Assembly: GCA_964388035.1 (NCBI GenBank)
Contig: CAYLZE010000008.1
Location: forward strand, 22,000 to 85,999
Reading direction: 5' to 3'
DNA length: 64,000 nt
Origin: an uncultured archaeon
GTDB lineage: Archaea; Asgardarchaeota; Lokiarchaeia; Sigyniarchaeales; SOKP01
Below, one piece after another: positions 1-10,964 of the stretch. Numbering within the stretch: position 1 is the first letter of the stretch; every line of letters begins with the position of its first letter. The position numbers and the translations under genes were made by a program. Below the pieces are notes generated by a model. The model saw nothing but the letters and a program-made list of their open reading frames with translations, was not told where the DNA came from and ran no database searches.

Positions 1-1
1 G

Positions 2-526
2 ATCTATGTAAAGATGAGGAAAATTAGTCAACCAATCATCACATTGGTTCACGGTGCCGCCGCTGGGGGAGGATTTGGTTTCGCCATGGCCTCTGATATG
101 CGTATTGCCAGCAGCGACGCTAAATTTATTAATGCTTCTATTAATATCGGACTCACTGGAGCGGATGTGGGAGGAAGTTATTTTCTTCCGCGCTTGATTG
201 GATTATCAAGAGCTGCAGAAATCTTATATACGGGAAAGCAAGTTAGTGGAGAAGAAGCAGAAAAAATTGGATTAGTTTTAAAAGTGGTAGAAAAGGAAAA
301 ATTAATTGAAGAGGGATTAAGCTTGGCGCAAGAACTTTTAAGTAAAAGTCCCTTGGGGTTGAGGATGACCAAAGAAGCTGTCAATCTCTCATTAGATTCT
401 CCTAGTTTAGAGAATATCGTTCAATTTGAGAACAGTTCTATTGTATTAACCTTTTGTTCAAAAGACGTGCAGGAAGCTTCGGCAGCATTTTTTGAAAAAA
501 GAACCCCCAAGTATGAGTTGAAATGA
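2..526 (+). CDS. Enoyl-CoA hydratase/isomerase (crotonase family), 5' end truncated by the window edge
   Basis: Crotonase motifs VHGAAAGGGFGFAMASDMRIA, AAEILYTG and EEAEKIGLV, with C-terminal AFFEKRTP; the frame is open back to position 2. Confidence 0.92.
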   Translation: MYVKMRKISQPIITLVHGAAAGGGFGFAMASDMRIASSDAKFINASINIGLTGADVGGSYFLPRLIGLSRAAEILYTGKQVSGEEAEKIGLVLKVVEKEKLIEEGLSLAQELLSKSPLGLRMTKEAVNLSLDSPSLENIVQFENSSIVLTFCSKDVQEASAAFFEKRTPKYELK

Positions 527-745
527 CCCTTGGGAATCTTTTAATCCTAACTAGAAAAATAGCAAATTTTAACAACGCCTTTTTTATTTTATTTCAAATA
601 AAAATTTATAATTTCAAGAGCTTAGAAATGTAAACAATTCTAATCTCATTTGATTTGGAAAAATGAAACAATTTTAACGTTAAAAGCGCTATTCAATATT
701 GAAATAAAAAAAAGATGGATTAATTTGTGTTAGAAAGTACAGTAT

Positions 746-1255
746 TCACTTTTTAATTTGAACTTTGGGCTTAATGGGAGAAGCTCCACCAAAATTGGTA
801 ATGACGGGGCAATGTGCAAAAACTTTATCCATTAATTCATTTATTTTTTCTTCGGAAGCATTTGCTTTAATCCTAATAACAGGCTCTAATTTATCATAAC
901 CTGCCATTTTTTTATCATCAATTCCAAAAATTGCACCAAGATTAATATGCCCACGAGAGAAAACTTGCATTTCCTCAATGGTAATACCCATTATTAGAGC
1001 CCAAAAACGAGTCACTGCTATAATACAAGCCCCTATTGAAGAAAGAATGACTAATAACGGGGATGGACCTATATTTGTTCCGTTCAATCCTCCCGGTGCA
1101 TCAATCAGCAATTTGAAAGGCTCTCCAGCAGGATTACCCATGGAGCATTCAATTTGCATGCCTTCTTTTTGCATGGTACATTCTACATTAAAATTCTTCT
1201 CTCCTGCATCCCAATTCGCTTTAATTGCATCATACGTCTCTTTAAATGATGGCAT
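746..1255 (-). CDS. OsmC/Ohr-like protein
   Basis: DAPGGLNGTNIGPSP...IGAC and HCPV carry the two conserved Cys of the OsmC family. Confidence 0.85.
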   Translation of the reverse strand: MPSFKETYDAIKANWDAGEKNFNVECTMQKEGMQIECSMGNPAGEPFKLLIDAPGGLNGTNIGPSPLLVILSSIGACIIAVTRFWALIMGITIEEMQVFSRGHINLGAIFGIDDKKMAGYDKLEPVIRIKANASEEKINELMDKVFAHCPVITNFGGASPIKPKVQIKK

Positions 1256-1870
1256 TTTTATTTTTCACTTTTTCTTTTTTGATTGTTTTTTTGAATATTT
1301 ATTCGATATTCTTTTTCTAGAATGCTCATTCCTATAAAAAGGTTATGTTTTACCCCAACAAGTTAAATTCGTGGCGGTGGTAGTCAAAAAAAGTGAGGAA
1401 AAACTCGCTGGCGGAGATGATATATTCGGGATTAATGCGGGTATAATCTTTTTTCGGATTGTAATAGATGGTGTCGTGAAAATCAAAAATGACTGTTTCT
1501 TTCCCTTTTAATGTAATTTGGTCGGGAGAAAAACGGAATTATTGCCATTTAAATCACGGCGGGTCGGGAATTTTCTGATTTAGGCGGGAATTCCGACAGT
1601 CCTAACCGTTAAAAAAGTGAGAAAAATGAATCTTAATATAGAAAAAAACGGTAAATATAAAGTTAACAAGTAAAGAATTGGAATATTGTGAGAAAGTGAA
1701 TAGTTTTTCTTACTATTCATGTGTTTTAATAAAATACTGAGCTTTCCATTTTTAAACTAGCAATTTTCTGGTGATTCAGATTTTGATTTATCCCTGTGTA
1801 AGGATATGCAAAGAACGACTAACTTTTTTGAAAAAAAAGTGATAAAATAAAGTGAATTTAGTGAAAAAGA

Positions 1871-2659
1871 TTAGAAGAAAACAGAGATTAATCCATATAG
1901 TAGTTTTGAAACGAATTCTTTTCCTTTTCCTACATGTTCTTGAATATAATAGGTTCTTTTTGGATCTGTCCATCCCTTTTTTTCCCAATAATTATAATCA
2001 ACAGGATTTGATAGTTCGGGATTAGCACGATGTTTTTGCTGTATTTTGAAAACCGCAAGCGATAAAATGGACGGGTTTAAAAAACTTTCCATTTTAATCC
2101 CAAAATATAATTTTCTTGCCAATTTAGAGATTGATTTGCTATATCGTTGCTTCAGACTTTCCAAGGAATCAAGAGAAGATTTAGTAGTAAATCCCTTTGA
2201 TCCTAACACTTTAAATCCCCAACTGAATGTAGCTGCGCCCATCGTATGGATGGTACGTTTTAAACTTGTTGCATTAGTCGTAGCGATGAGTAAGGCACAT
2301 TTCTGATAAAATTCTTGTCGATGACAAATATAAGCTAGTCTATCGATTAAAGCTTTCATGGAAGAGCTTATATCTCCTACATATACTGGACTCGCAAAAA
2401 TTATTCCATCGGCATCATGAATCTTGGACTTAATGAGAGGAACATCATCTTTCCAAGGACAAGCCTCCTCCCCAATTTCCATGCAAGCACGACATCCTTT
2501 GCAATGGTTAATTTCATAATCTCCCAAATATAACTTTTCAAATTCTAATGAATCATTATCTTTTATATTTAATTTCTCCATTTGCTTTTGTATGAGAGAA
2601 ACTATTTTAGATGTGTGCCCATTTTTCCTATAACTACTAATAATAGCTACTATTTTCAT
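1871..2659 (-). CDS. Flavodoxin-like / iron-sulfur flavoprotein (NADPH-dependent FMN reductase family)
   Basis: SSYRKNGHT, CKGCRAC-x7-C, ADGIIFASPVY and MKALIDR. Confidence 0.9.
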   Translation of the reverse strand: MKIVAIISSYRKNGHTSKIVSLIQKQMEKLNIKDNDSLEFEKLYLGDYEINHCKGCRACMEIGEEACPWKDDVPLIKSKIHDADGIIFASPVYVGDISSSMKALIDRLAYICHRQEFYQKCALLIATTNATSLKRTIHTMGAATFSWGFKVLGSKGFTTKSSLDSLESLKQRYSKSISKLARKLYFGIKMESFLNPSILSLAVFKIQQKHRANPELSNPVDYNYWEKKGWTDPKRTYYIQEHVGKGKEFVSKLLYGLISVFF

Positions 2660-3057
2660 TTTTAAAGGTTAGATGTGTAATTCAATTTTATTACTATGAT
2701 CAAATATAGTTAATAATCTACATATAAAAGGATGTTCCAGCATGTTTCAAAAAAAATGATACCTGACTCACGTAAATTTACTTTTTTCTCAACTTACTTG
2801 GAAAAGAAATGATCATTTTGCATGCTAAAATTTCTTCTTAAAGGTATCCAAATTAAAAATTATTATTTTAAACGATAAAAGTAAACTAATTATATTTTAT
2901 ACGAGATGAATTTTTATAGCTTTTTGGGGAAATATCGTCATAGAAAAAGTATTAGTGTGGATTAGATTGATAAAGCTTTTTCTTTTTTCATTTTAAAAAG
3001 TTATGATGTTTAATTTATTTGGATTTAATTTGATTAATTGTTATTTTTTTTGTATAT

Positions 3058-4775
3058 TTAAATAAGCATGGGCTCCTCTAAATACCATTCGATCCGTCCC
3101 GAAAATTGCGTGTTCAACCGCCCTAATATCCGATCCTTCTTAAGAAGATTATTTCCCGCACGAAAGGGCTTTTTAAACGCCGTATTGTAATGTTCCATGT
3201 TGGCATGCTGAGCATTCGTGAATCCCGGGTGGAGGGAGGCGTATGCGACAAAGCGAAGGAGGGAATCCCGGTGGTTTTTGAGGGTCCTAATGGCAGTATT
3301 GAGCTTCTTGGTGTATTTTTTGGAGGGCTGCAAGGAATCAATTTGATGTCCGTCAATCTCCGCAGGAGGCAAGCGGGAAAGCTCTCCTACCTGTAAGGTC
3401 ATTTCCCGATACTCTTTTAAACCGGGATGTCGGGCTAAAAATTCTTTCAAAAAAACTTGGCGCTGGAGCGTCATCTTTTCCGGCTGGAAAAAAAGAATGG
3501 AACACTCTTTGAAAAATTGAATGCTCTCCTCATCCAAAGGCTTCCGAAACTCCAAATAAAAGCTTTTCAACTTTTTGAGCAGCTCTGTTTTAATGTGGTT
3601 CATGCCCTTTTCCGTAAAGCGCTTTTTGGGTAAGTGGGAGGCAAGAGCTGCAAGGAAGGAAGGAAAGTACGAATCAGAACTTAGCTTGCTTAACAGGCGC
3701 TTTAAATTCCGGAAAAAGAGCTCGGGGGTTTGTACTTTAATCAGGGAGAAGACCTGTCCTGTGAGCCGGGCACAGGAGGAGCTCCGCTCGTGAGATGCTA
3801 CAAAGGAAGGAACTCGAGGTAGGAGTACTTTTCCTCCCTTATTTCCTCTAATGGCTTTCTCTCTCTTTTGAAGAGTGCTCACGATGGTTCTCAAAAGGCG
3901 TTATTCTCCCCGTTCTGCATCATAGTGGCGTTCCCGATAGCGTAATAAATCCGCCTTGATGGCTCGATTTAATTCCTGCATGACGTGAAAGAGGTCAATT
4001 TGAATGACCTCTTCTCCATAGACTTCGATGATGGCCGCCAGTAGAACGGGAGAGAAATCGCAGGTGATCAGATCGGGATGGACTCCTAGCTCTTTCAAGC
4101 GGTATAAAATGCGACGGGCGTTGTCTAGGGTTTCATCTCGGACAAGGTGAGTGAGAAGGTCCCGTTTTTTAGACTGGTCAATGACAATAAGACCACAGAG
4201 CTTTTTTTTCCGATGAGTTCCCTGCCGACCGAGGTAAACGTGCCATCCAAGGAAACCGTTTTAACCTCTTCGGGATGAGTAATGGGCTTTTCCTTCTGGA
4301 GCGAAGCCAGGAATTTCTCTCCATGGGCTTTAATCCAGGTAGTAATGGTATCCAAGGGGACCTCCACGTTGAGTTTTTGATTTAAATCCTTGCAAATAGA
4401 AGGAGCGGAGCAATTAAATCGGAAATAACTCTCCAGGGCATAGGTGATGACGGCGGGCGTATATTCTAATTTCGGGGGATAGTCCGGGTGTTTCGGACTA
4501 AAGTAATGCCCGCAAGAACATTCAAAATAGGTGACTTGGAGGCGGATGACCCGTCGTTCCCGGGGCGTACCTAAATCTGCAAGGGTTCGCCAATAACTCG
4601 AGCGCTTTTTCAATTGAGGACCCCCACATTTCTCACAGGGCCCCTTAAAATAGGCTTCTATGGGAATATCCCCCTGAGTGGTTTTAATCTCCGTTGGGAA
4701 CTCCATGAAGAAGTAGATAGTACACCGATAATATTTACGTGTGATATCCCGGTGATAAGGAGAATAGAAAAACAA
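3058..4775 (-). mobile_element. ISL3-like DDE transposase split into three ORFs (-1 frameshift at A8 run 4202-4209; in-frame TAA at 3901-3903); likely start ATG 4706
   Basis: GC-richer than the flanks. N-terminal Zn finger (CEKC...CSC), HTH and SLDG; then LIVID, ITCD and QIDLFHV; C-terminal NA...MEHYN..FK..FRAG. Terminal inverted repeats were not identified. Confidence 0.85.
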
Positions 4776-5089
4776 TTAAAAGTGGATTCGTTTTACAAAT
4801 AATATAACAATTAATCTTTAATTTTTAAATACTTATATTTTTTTTAAGAATAGAGTTTATGGAAGAAATACACTTAGAAGCTAGAAATGAATTTAACTTT
4901 AGTTAAAACCAAATTTAAAGGGTTTTATTCAACATTTTTAGAAATTTACACGAATTGCATCCCTCCTAATTTAAAAAAGAAATCATTAAGCAAGAGGAAA
5001 ATTAATAAAATTTTTCAACCAATAGATGAAATATGATTAGAGATTGAAAATTTAATCCAAATAATCGTATAGAAAAATTAAAGAATATC

Positions 5090-6472
5090 ATGGATAATCA
5101 AAAACGTTTAAAAGAGAGTTCATCTGAACAGACAACTACTCGGGAAATGAGATTTAAGCATGAGAGAGATACCTTATTAAATATTTTGAATCAAATGAAT
5201 CTTGTCTTGTGTTTAATTAATCGAAATCATGAAATTGTTTATTATAATCAAAGATTTCAAGATCTTTTTGGTATTCCAGATAACAGAAAATGTCATGAGA
5301 TTTTTAAAAATCTACAAAAAGATTGTGAATCTTGCAATCTTAATACGGATATCGATTATTTAACCAAAAAACTTGAGGAAATTGAAACAACATCACAAAA
5401 AATATATGAAGTTTCCGAAATTCCATATAAAAATTTAAAAGGTGATTTCTTTAAATTAAAAATATTGTATGATATAACTGAAATAAGACAGAAAGAAAAA
5501 AGCCTCAAAGAAACTAATATAGAACTTAATAATACTATTCAGAAAATTCAACAATTATCCGCAAAATTAGAATTTCAGTCAGTGTTAATCAATAATATAA
5601 ATGAAGCGGTAATTGCATCAAATGAAGAGCATGAAATCCAATTTTGGAATAAAGCCGCAGAGAATTTATATGGATGGAAAAAAAAGGAGGTTCTAGGAAA
5701 AAAAGTGCATGATCTTTTAAAAACTAAATATTTCAATGAAAGTCGAAGTAATATTATAGAAATTATTAAGAATGAAGGCCGTTGGACCGGCAATGTCATT
5801 CAAAAGCATAAAGACGGAGATAAAATCGATATTTTCTCTTCCGTGAGAAGGTTTAATAATCCCGTTAATCATGAAGTAATATATATAATCATTAATCGAG
5901 ATATTCGCGATATTATTAGCGCTAAAAATAAAATTAATGAAATGACACAATTTCCACTTGGAAATCCTAATCCCGTATTAGGGGTAGATAAGGAAAAAAT
6001 AGTTTATATCAATCCTTCAGCCATTAAACTCTTAAAAAGGAATAAAGGAGAACCAATTCCAATTATATTAAAAGAACTAATAGAAACAACATATGATAAA
6101 AAAGAGGTTATAACTGAAGAAATAGAAATTGGAAAAGAATTCTATGCCTTTGTTTCAATCTTAGTAGAGGAATTCAACTCGATCAATCTTTATGGAATGA
6201 ATATTACAAAAATGAAGCGAGCAGAAAAAGAATTGAAGCATTCAATTACTATAATTGGACATAAATTGCAAACACCATTGACTGTTTTTCAATTAGGGAT
6301 CCATAACTTGAAGAATATTGGTCATCAAATGACATCCGAACTAAGAACGGAATTATTTAGTGATTTACAAAATAACATAGATGAGTTGACAAATTTGATA
6401 AAGAAACTATTAGATAATGCTCGAAATAGCATTAATGGATTTTCTAATAATTACTTTAATCCAAATACTTAA
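5090..6472 (+). CDS. Multi-PAS sensor with HisKA-like dimerisation domain but no HATPase domain
   Basis: PAS motifs (WNKAAENLYGW, HKDG, RDI; NPNPV...YINPSA) and H-box-like IGHKLQTPLT; the protein ends about 60 aa later with no N/G boxes. Confidence 0.8.
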   Translation: MDNQKRLKESSSEQTTTREMRFKHERDTLLNILNQMNLVLCLINRNHEIVYYNQRFQDLFGIPDNRKCHEIFKNLQKDCESCNLNTDIDYLTKKLEEIETTSQKIYEVSEIPYKNLKGDFFKLKILYDITEIRQKEKSLKETNIELNNTIQKIQQLSAKLEFQSVLINNINEAVIASNEEHEIQFWNKAAENLYGWKKKEVLGKKVHDLLKTKYFNESRSNIIEIIKNEGRWTGNVIQKHKDGDKIDIFSSVRRFNNPVNHEVIYIIINRDIRDIISAKNKINEMTQFPLGNPNPVLGVDKEKIVYINPSAIKLLKRNKGEPIPIILKELIETTYDKKEVITEEIEIGKEFYAFVSILVEEFNSINLYGMNITKMKRAEKELKHSITIIGHKLQTPLTVFQLGIHNLKNIGHQMTSELRTELFSDLQNNIDELTNLIKKLLDNARNSINGFSNNYFNPNT

Positions 6473-6742
6473 TCTATCTATTTCAGAAAAATTGAAAATC
6501 TAAAATTTTCATCCTTAATCTAAAAAAAGAAGACTAATTGGCTTCTTATATTAACTTAACCATTCTCACCTTTTTAGAGGAATTAAACAAAAATTTATGC
6601 TTTTTTTTAGATTCATCTAATTAAGTCTTTAAGAGATCTTACGAACAAATACAAGAGTTCAAATCTTTCTTTAAAAATTAATGAAATTACAAAACATGTA
6701 TAGCTTAATTTTTTATTTTTTTTTCCTTTCTTTTAATATATA

Positions 6743-7654
6743 ATGGATGAAATGGATCTCAATATAATCCTCCTCCTCTTCAATAACTCACGATTAACGT
6801 ATCGTGAAATTTCGGACTTTTTAGGATTGTCAGTTAATGCTATCTATAAGCGAATACAAGCGCTTATTGAATTAAAAACCATTAATAGATTTACTGCTAG
6901 TTTAAAACCTTATGCCATTAATAGCTTGTATACGTTCATATTCGGCCAATGTAATTCACAAGACATGGAAAGGACGATTCAAGAATTGGGAAATCACGAA
7001 AATACTTGGCAAATTATTCTCTCAAGTAGAAATTATATGTATATCGGGGCAATGTTAGAAAATATCCATCAATTAGAGCCTTACACCGCTTTTATTGCAA
7101 AAACAGCCCTAATGCAAGCCCCGAAAGTAGGTTTGCTTTCTAACGTGCAATACAAAGCTCCAATTCCATACATTATTCCAAAATCAAGTTCAATGCAGTA
7201 TGATCAATTGGATCAAGAGATAATTCGTTCTTTACGTTATGATTCGAGAAAACCCATTGCAGAAATCGCGGAGGATATCAACAGAACATCAAATACTGTT
7301 CGACGTAGATTAAATCGGTTGATAAATGAAGGAATTATTGATCTTTCCATTCAATTCAATCCAGAGGCTTCGAAAGATATTTTTGCATTGTTCCAAATTA
7401 CCCTCCCTCCATATATAGAAAAAATAGAATTTGCCAAATATTTGAACGAGAAATATCATCCCCATCTATTTTATATTTGGTCCTTTAGCAACTTACCAAG
7501 TCTAATATTATGTTGGGTTTGGGTCAATAGCATGAAAGAATTTAATGACTTAATTGAAAATGTAAAAAGAGAAAAAATTGAGTCCTTGCTTTTTGATATA
7601 ATGTACAAAGTTTATTATTTTGAAACGTGGAAAGAAAAATTGGTTCAAGATTAA
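6743..7654 (+). CDS. Tandem Lrp/AsnC-family transcriptional regulator
   Basis: Two HTH units: MDEMDLNII..NSRLTYREIS and DQLDQEIIRSLRYDSRKPIAEIA..VRRRLNRL. Confidence 0.9.
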   Translation: MDEMDLNIILLLFNNSRLTYREISDFLGLSVNAIYKRIQALIELKTINRFTASLKPYAINSLYTFIFGQCNSQDMERTIQELGNHENTWQIILSSRNYMYIGAMLENIHQLEPYTAFIAKTALMQAPKVGLLSNVQYKAPIPYIIPKSSSMQYDQLDQEIIRSLRYDSRKPIAEIAEDINRTSNTVRRRLNRLINEGIIDLSIQFNPEASKDIFALFQITLPPYIEKIEFAKYLNEKYHPHLFYIWSFSNLPSLILCWVWVNSMKEFNDLIENVKREKIESLLFDIMYKVYYFETWKEKLVQD

Positions 7655-7813
7655 AGATTATTAAACTGATAAAGGCTAATGTTTTCAGATTTTTTTTAAA
7701 ATTCATAATTATTGACCCATTTCCTATTCTTAATACTTATTTTTTTTATATCCAAATCTTTTAAATATCGAATTTTACGATACTATAACAAAAAGTCATG
7801 GTAAAATATTAAT

Positions 7814-8335
7814 ATGGAAAAAAAAAGTGTATCGACCTCAAAAGTACAAATAGCTCAAATTATGATGCCCAATAATTCTAATCCTTCAGGAAATATTTTC
7901 GGAGGCGTGATCATGAGCATCATAGATAATGCCGCTGCAATCGCTGCATTGAGACACACGCATCATAATTGTGTGACCGCATCGGTTGATAGAATTGATT
8001 TTTTGTCCCCTGTATATGTGGGTAATCTGGTAATAGCAAAAGCATCCGTCAACTATGTATCACATACTTCCATGGAAATAGGGGTGAAAGTAGAAGCAGA
8101 ATGCCTTCTCAAAGGCACTAAATCCCATATTGCATCTGCTTATTTAACATTCGTAGCGCTCGATGAAAATGATAAACCAACTAGCGCACCTGAGCTAATA
8201 TTAGAGTCTGAGGAAGAGAAAAGAAGATTTGAAGAAGGCAAAATTAGAAGGGAATCAAGAATAAAGAAAAGAAAAAGGGTATCACCTAATGCACCCTGTA
8301 TAGATAGATCAAATAGGCGAGGACTTTCATTTTGA
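7814..8335 (+). CDS. Acyl-CoA thioesterase (hotdog fold, YciA-like)
   Basis: NPSGNIFGG, VTASVDRIDFLSPVYVG, TSMEIGV and TFVALDE. Confidence 0.93.
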   Translation: MEKKSVSTSKVQIAQIMMPNNSNPSGNIFGGVIMSIIDNAAAIAALRHTHHNCVTASVDRIDFLSPVYVGNLVIAKASVNYVSHTSMEIGVKVEAECLLKGTKSHIASAYLTFVALDENDKPTSAPELILESEEEKRRFEEGKIRRESRIKKRKRVSPNAPCIDRSNRRGLSF

Positions 8336-8428
8336 ACAATCAATAATAAAAAATGAAAGGAAAGAGTAATTCTGAAACAAAAAATCTAAAGAAAGTTAAT
8401 TGGGAAAAAAAGAGGGCATAATTTGGTT

Positions 8429-8722
8429 CTATTTAACATTATTATGTTCTTTAAGTTCCACGTTGGATAACTTTTCTTTTAGATCCTCCGAGGGATTAAA
8501 CACGTTTAGAAGACAAATGAGAGAGTCATGAATTGCATAAATATTATCAAATCCGGTATCATAAAAGATACTTTCTTTTTCAAAATTAATTTGAATGATC
8601 TCCGACAACCCTATTAGACCTTCTTTAATGATTTCATAATATTCCAATGCTTCATTAAAATCTTGTAGAGAATTTTTTTTTCCCGACATGTTATAATTCC
8701 TCGAAAATTTCAATTTACTCAT
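8429..8722 (-). CDS. Hypothetical protein
   Basis: 97-aa ATG ORF with coding-like composition; no family recognised. Confidence 0.6.
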   Translation of the reverse strand: MSKLKFSRNYNMSGKKNSLQDFNEALEYYEIIKEGLIGLSEIIQINFEKESIFYDTGFDNIYAIHDSLICLLNVFNPSEDLKEKLSNVELKEHNNVK

Positions 8723-8996
8723 ACATAGTTCACTTTAATTAAATTGTATCAAGCTGGACTATAAAATGATCTTTAGTCCAATTTTTAACGAGTTATACCC
8801 TAAATATATACCGATGATCTTCGTGAAATGTTGATTTCCCGTTGATTTTAATATTTGTAGATATCACATTTTAAATTATAAGAATAAATATAATCGACAA
8901 TTTCAAAATGTCTTTTGCATGAAAATTTTGATCACTTTCACTTGCGATTTCAGATAAATTTAATCATTTCTTCCTCTAATGGATTATTCTTTTAAA

Positions 8997-10127
8997 TCAA
9001 AGCAGAGCATCAAATAAATAATCCGTAATATATCTAGTCTTTTTATCGTTTTGGGTTTTATAAGCAACATATCTATAATTAAATACACACAAAGGACAAG
9101 AAGAGATAATTTCCTCTGATTTCGATTCTTTAAGTATCGTTGTTCCGATTTTGATACTTAGCCCAGAATCCACTCCTCTTATTCCCGATCCTGCCCCGCA
9201 ACACTTAGTATTTTCTTTATTTTTTGTCAATTCTTTAACTTTTGTGTTAGTCTTTTCAAGAAGTTCTCGTGGTTCTTCATAGACATCAAAACCTTTAATT
9301 TTTCGCCCCGTTCTACACGCATCATGATACGTAACGGAATTATTCGCTGGCTTAAATTGTATTTTCCCCTTCTCCTCCAATTCCCGGATTATTTGAACCA
9401 CGTGCTTGACATTAATATCGAAATTCTCAACATACTTGGGATAAATGTTATTAAAAGCATATAAACACCCTCCACAAGTAACAATCAAGGTTTTTATCCC
9501 GTGTTTTTTGAATAAAGCGAAATTCTCATTAAAGATTTGTTTCGATAATTCAAGATTACCTGCACTATAGATATATTCACCGCAACAGGGTTCATTTCTT
9601 AATATTTTAAAGTCATAACCTCCTCTTTTTAGGATTTCATACGACGCACTAGCACTTTCTTTTACTCTGAAAGAGGACATGCATCCTAAAAAAAGTAGCG
9701 TATCTGATTCTTTATCTTCAAAAAGTTCATTATTTTTATAGTTCTCTGGAAGCCAATCTAAGCGTTCTTCGGGATTTCCATTTACAGAATTTCCTTTTTC
9801 TAATATTCCTTTTATTATATTTTTATGAACGTCTAAGGGAGCCTGATCTAATTCCACCAATCTTGTTTTAGAAGCATGAATCATTTCGGAAATGGGAATA
9901 TCTTGAGGACAAACTAGATCACAAGAAGAGCATGAAGTACATGTATATATCGCGATTAATTCCTCATTAGTCAGAATATCGCCCGTGAACACTTTTTCAG
10001 CAATTTTTAATCTTCCATAAGGAGATTTTAAGGGATCCTGAGTTACTTCAAAAGTATCGCACTCATCATTACATACTTTACAATCTACACAGGATTGTAT
10101 CACGTCCAAAATTTTTGAATCATTCAT
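8997..10127 (-). CDS. Fe-S oxidoreductase, HdrD/GlpC-like (4Fe-4S dicluster plus two CCG domains)
   Basis: CVDCKVC, CTSCSSCDLVCP, EPCCG, TYHDAC, CCGAG and SCPLC. Confidence 0.9.
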   Translation of the reverse strand: MNDSKILDVIQSCVDCKVCNDECDTFEVTQDPLKSPYGRLKIAEKVFTGDILTNEELIAIYTCTSCSSCDLVCPQDIPISEMIHASKTRLVELDQAPLDVHKNIIKGILEKGNSVNGNPEERLDWLPENYKNNELFEDKESDTLLFLGCMSSFRVKESASASYEILKRGGYDFKILRNEPCCGEYIYSAGNLELSKQIFNENFALFKKHGIKTLIVTCGGCLYAFNNIYPKYVENFDINVKHVVQIIRELEEKGKIQFKPANNSVTYHDACRTGRKIKGFDVYEEPRELLEKTNTKVKELTKNKENTKCCGAGSGIRGVDSGLSIKIGTTILKESKSEEIISSCPLCVFNYRYVAYKTQNDKKTRYITDYLFDALL

Positions 10128-10169
10128 TATTATCTAATAATTTACTATATTCTTATGAATTTTTTTTAT

Positions 10170-10964
10170 TCATTTTTTTTTCCAAGGTTCTTTTTCTAAT
10201 TCTGAAATAATGAATTTCTTAAATTGAGAGCTTAAAATGAATGCATTCTTGGGATCATGGGTAAATAAATAGAAACGATAAGAATCCGAAATACGTGGGC
10301 TTACATTCCATTCATATCTTCCTCCCAAGGGATCATTGATAGTAAAAGTGTACTCTGAATTGATAGAATTGATAGCTACCCAGTGAAATCCTCTATTTAA
10401 GGTTAATGAGGGAATTTTATTATAATACTTCGCGTTTAAATGAGACCAAAGGATTTTAATTTTTTTTTCATATTTTCTGTTATCATTTTTAAAATCATTT
10501 TTAGTAAAATAAAGACTGCCCGTACCATCGGGATATTCTTGCTGTTGAGGAAAAAACGCTCCACCAAAAAGATAAAATAAAATTTTTAAATCGGCATCGG
10601 TTCGCATGGTCTGAGCAAAAATTTGTAACATTTTCGAGTTAATGCGGTTTTCCATTTGTAAGGTCGGCTCCTTAAATTCATGGATAATGATTGGCATGTA
10701 ATCATGTACAAGTGACTCATTTTGCTTCAAGATATAGGCATTCAAGATATTAGAGCCTATACATTTTAATAATATATAACTCAAGCTATAAGCCCATTTT
10801 AATTCCTCTTTTAATTGATTCTTATTTGTAGAAATATAATTACTTATTTCACCCAGAATGATTTTATAATTAACATTACTCTCGGGATTAATCATCATTA
10901 AAAATGTACTAAGCCCACACCCATTGGGTAATTGAGAATATAGGGGCAAATCATATTTCTTCAT
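10170..10964 (-). CDS. Putative papain-like (C39-like) cysteine peptidase
   Basis: YSQLPNGCG (oxyanion Gln, catalytic Cys), FHWVAI (His) and INDP (Asp) in C39 order. Confidence 0.6.
   Translation of the reverse strand: MKKYDLPLYSQLPNGCGLSTFLMMINPESNVNYKIILGEISNYISTNKNQLKEELKWAYSLSYILLKCIGSNILNAYILKQNESLVHDYMPIIIHEFKEPTLQMENRINSKMLQIFAQTMRTDADLKILFYLFGGAFFPQQQEYPDGTGSLYFTKNDFKNDNRKYEKKIKILWSHLNAKYYNKIPSLTLNRGFHWVAINSINSEYTFTINDPLGGRYEWNVSPRISDSYRFYLFTHDPKNAFILSSQFKKFIISELEKEPWKKK

Noticed and set aside
2720-4970. Terminal inverted repeats or target-site duplication of the IS
   Set aside because: Only short partial matches were found (for example CACGTAAAT near 2770 and its complement near 4740), which is not enough to define the ends.
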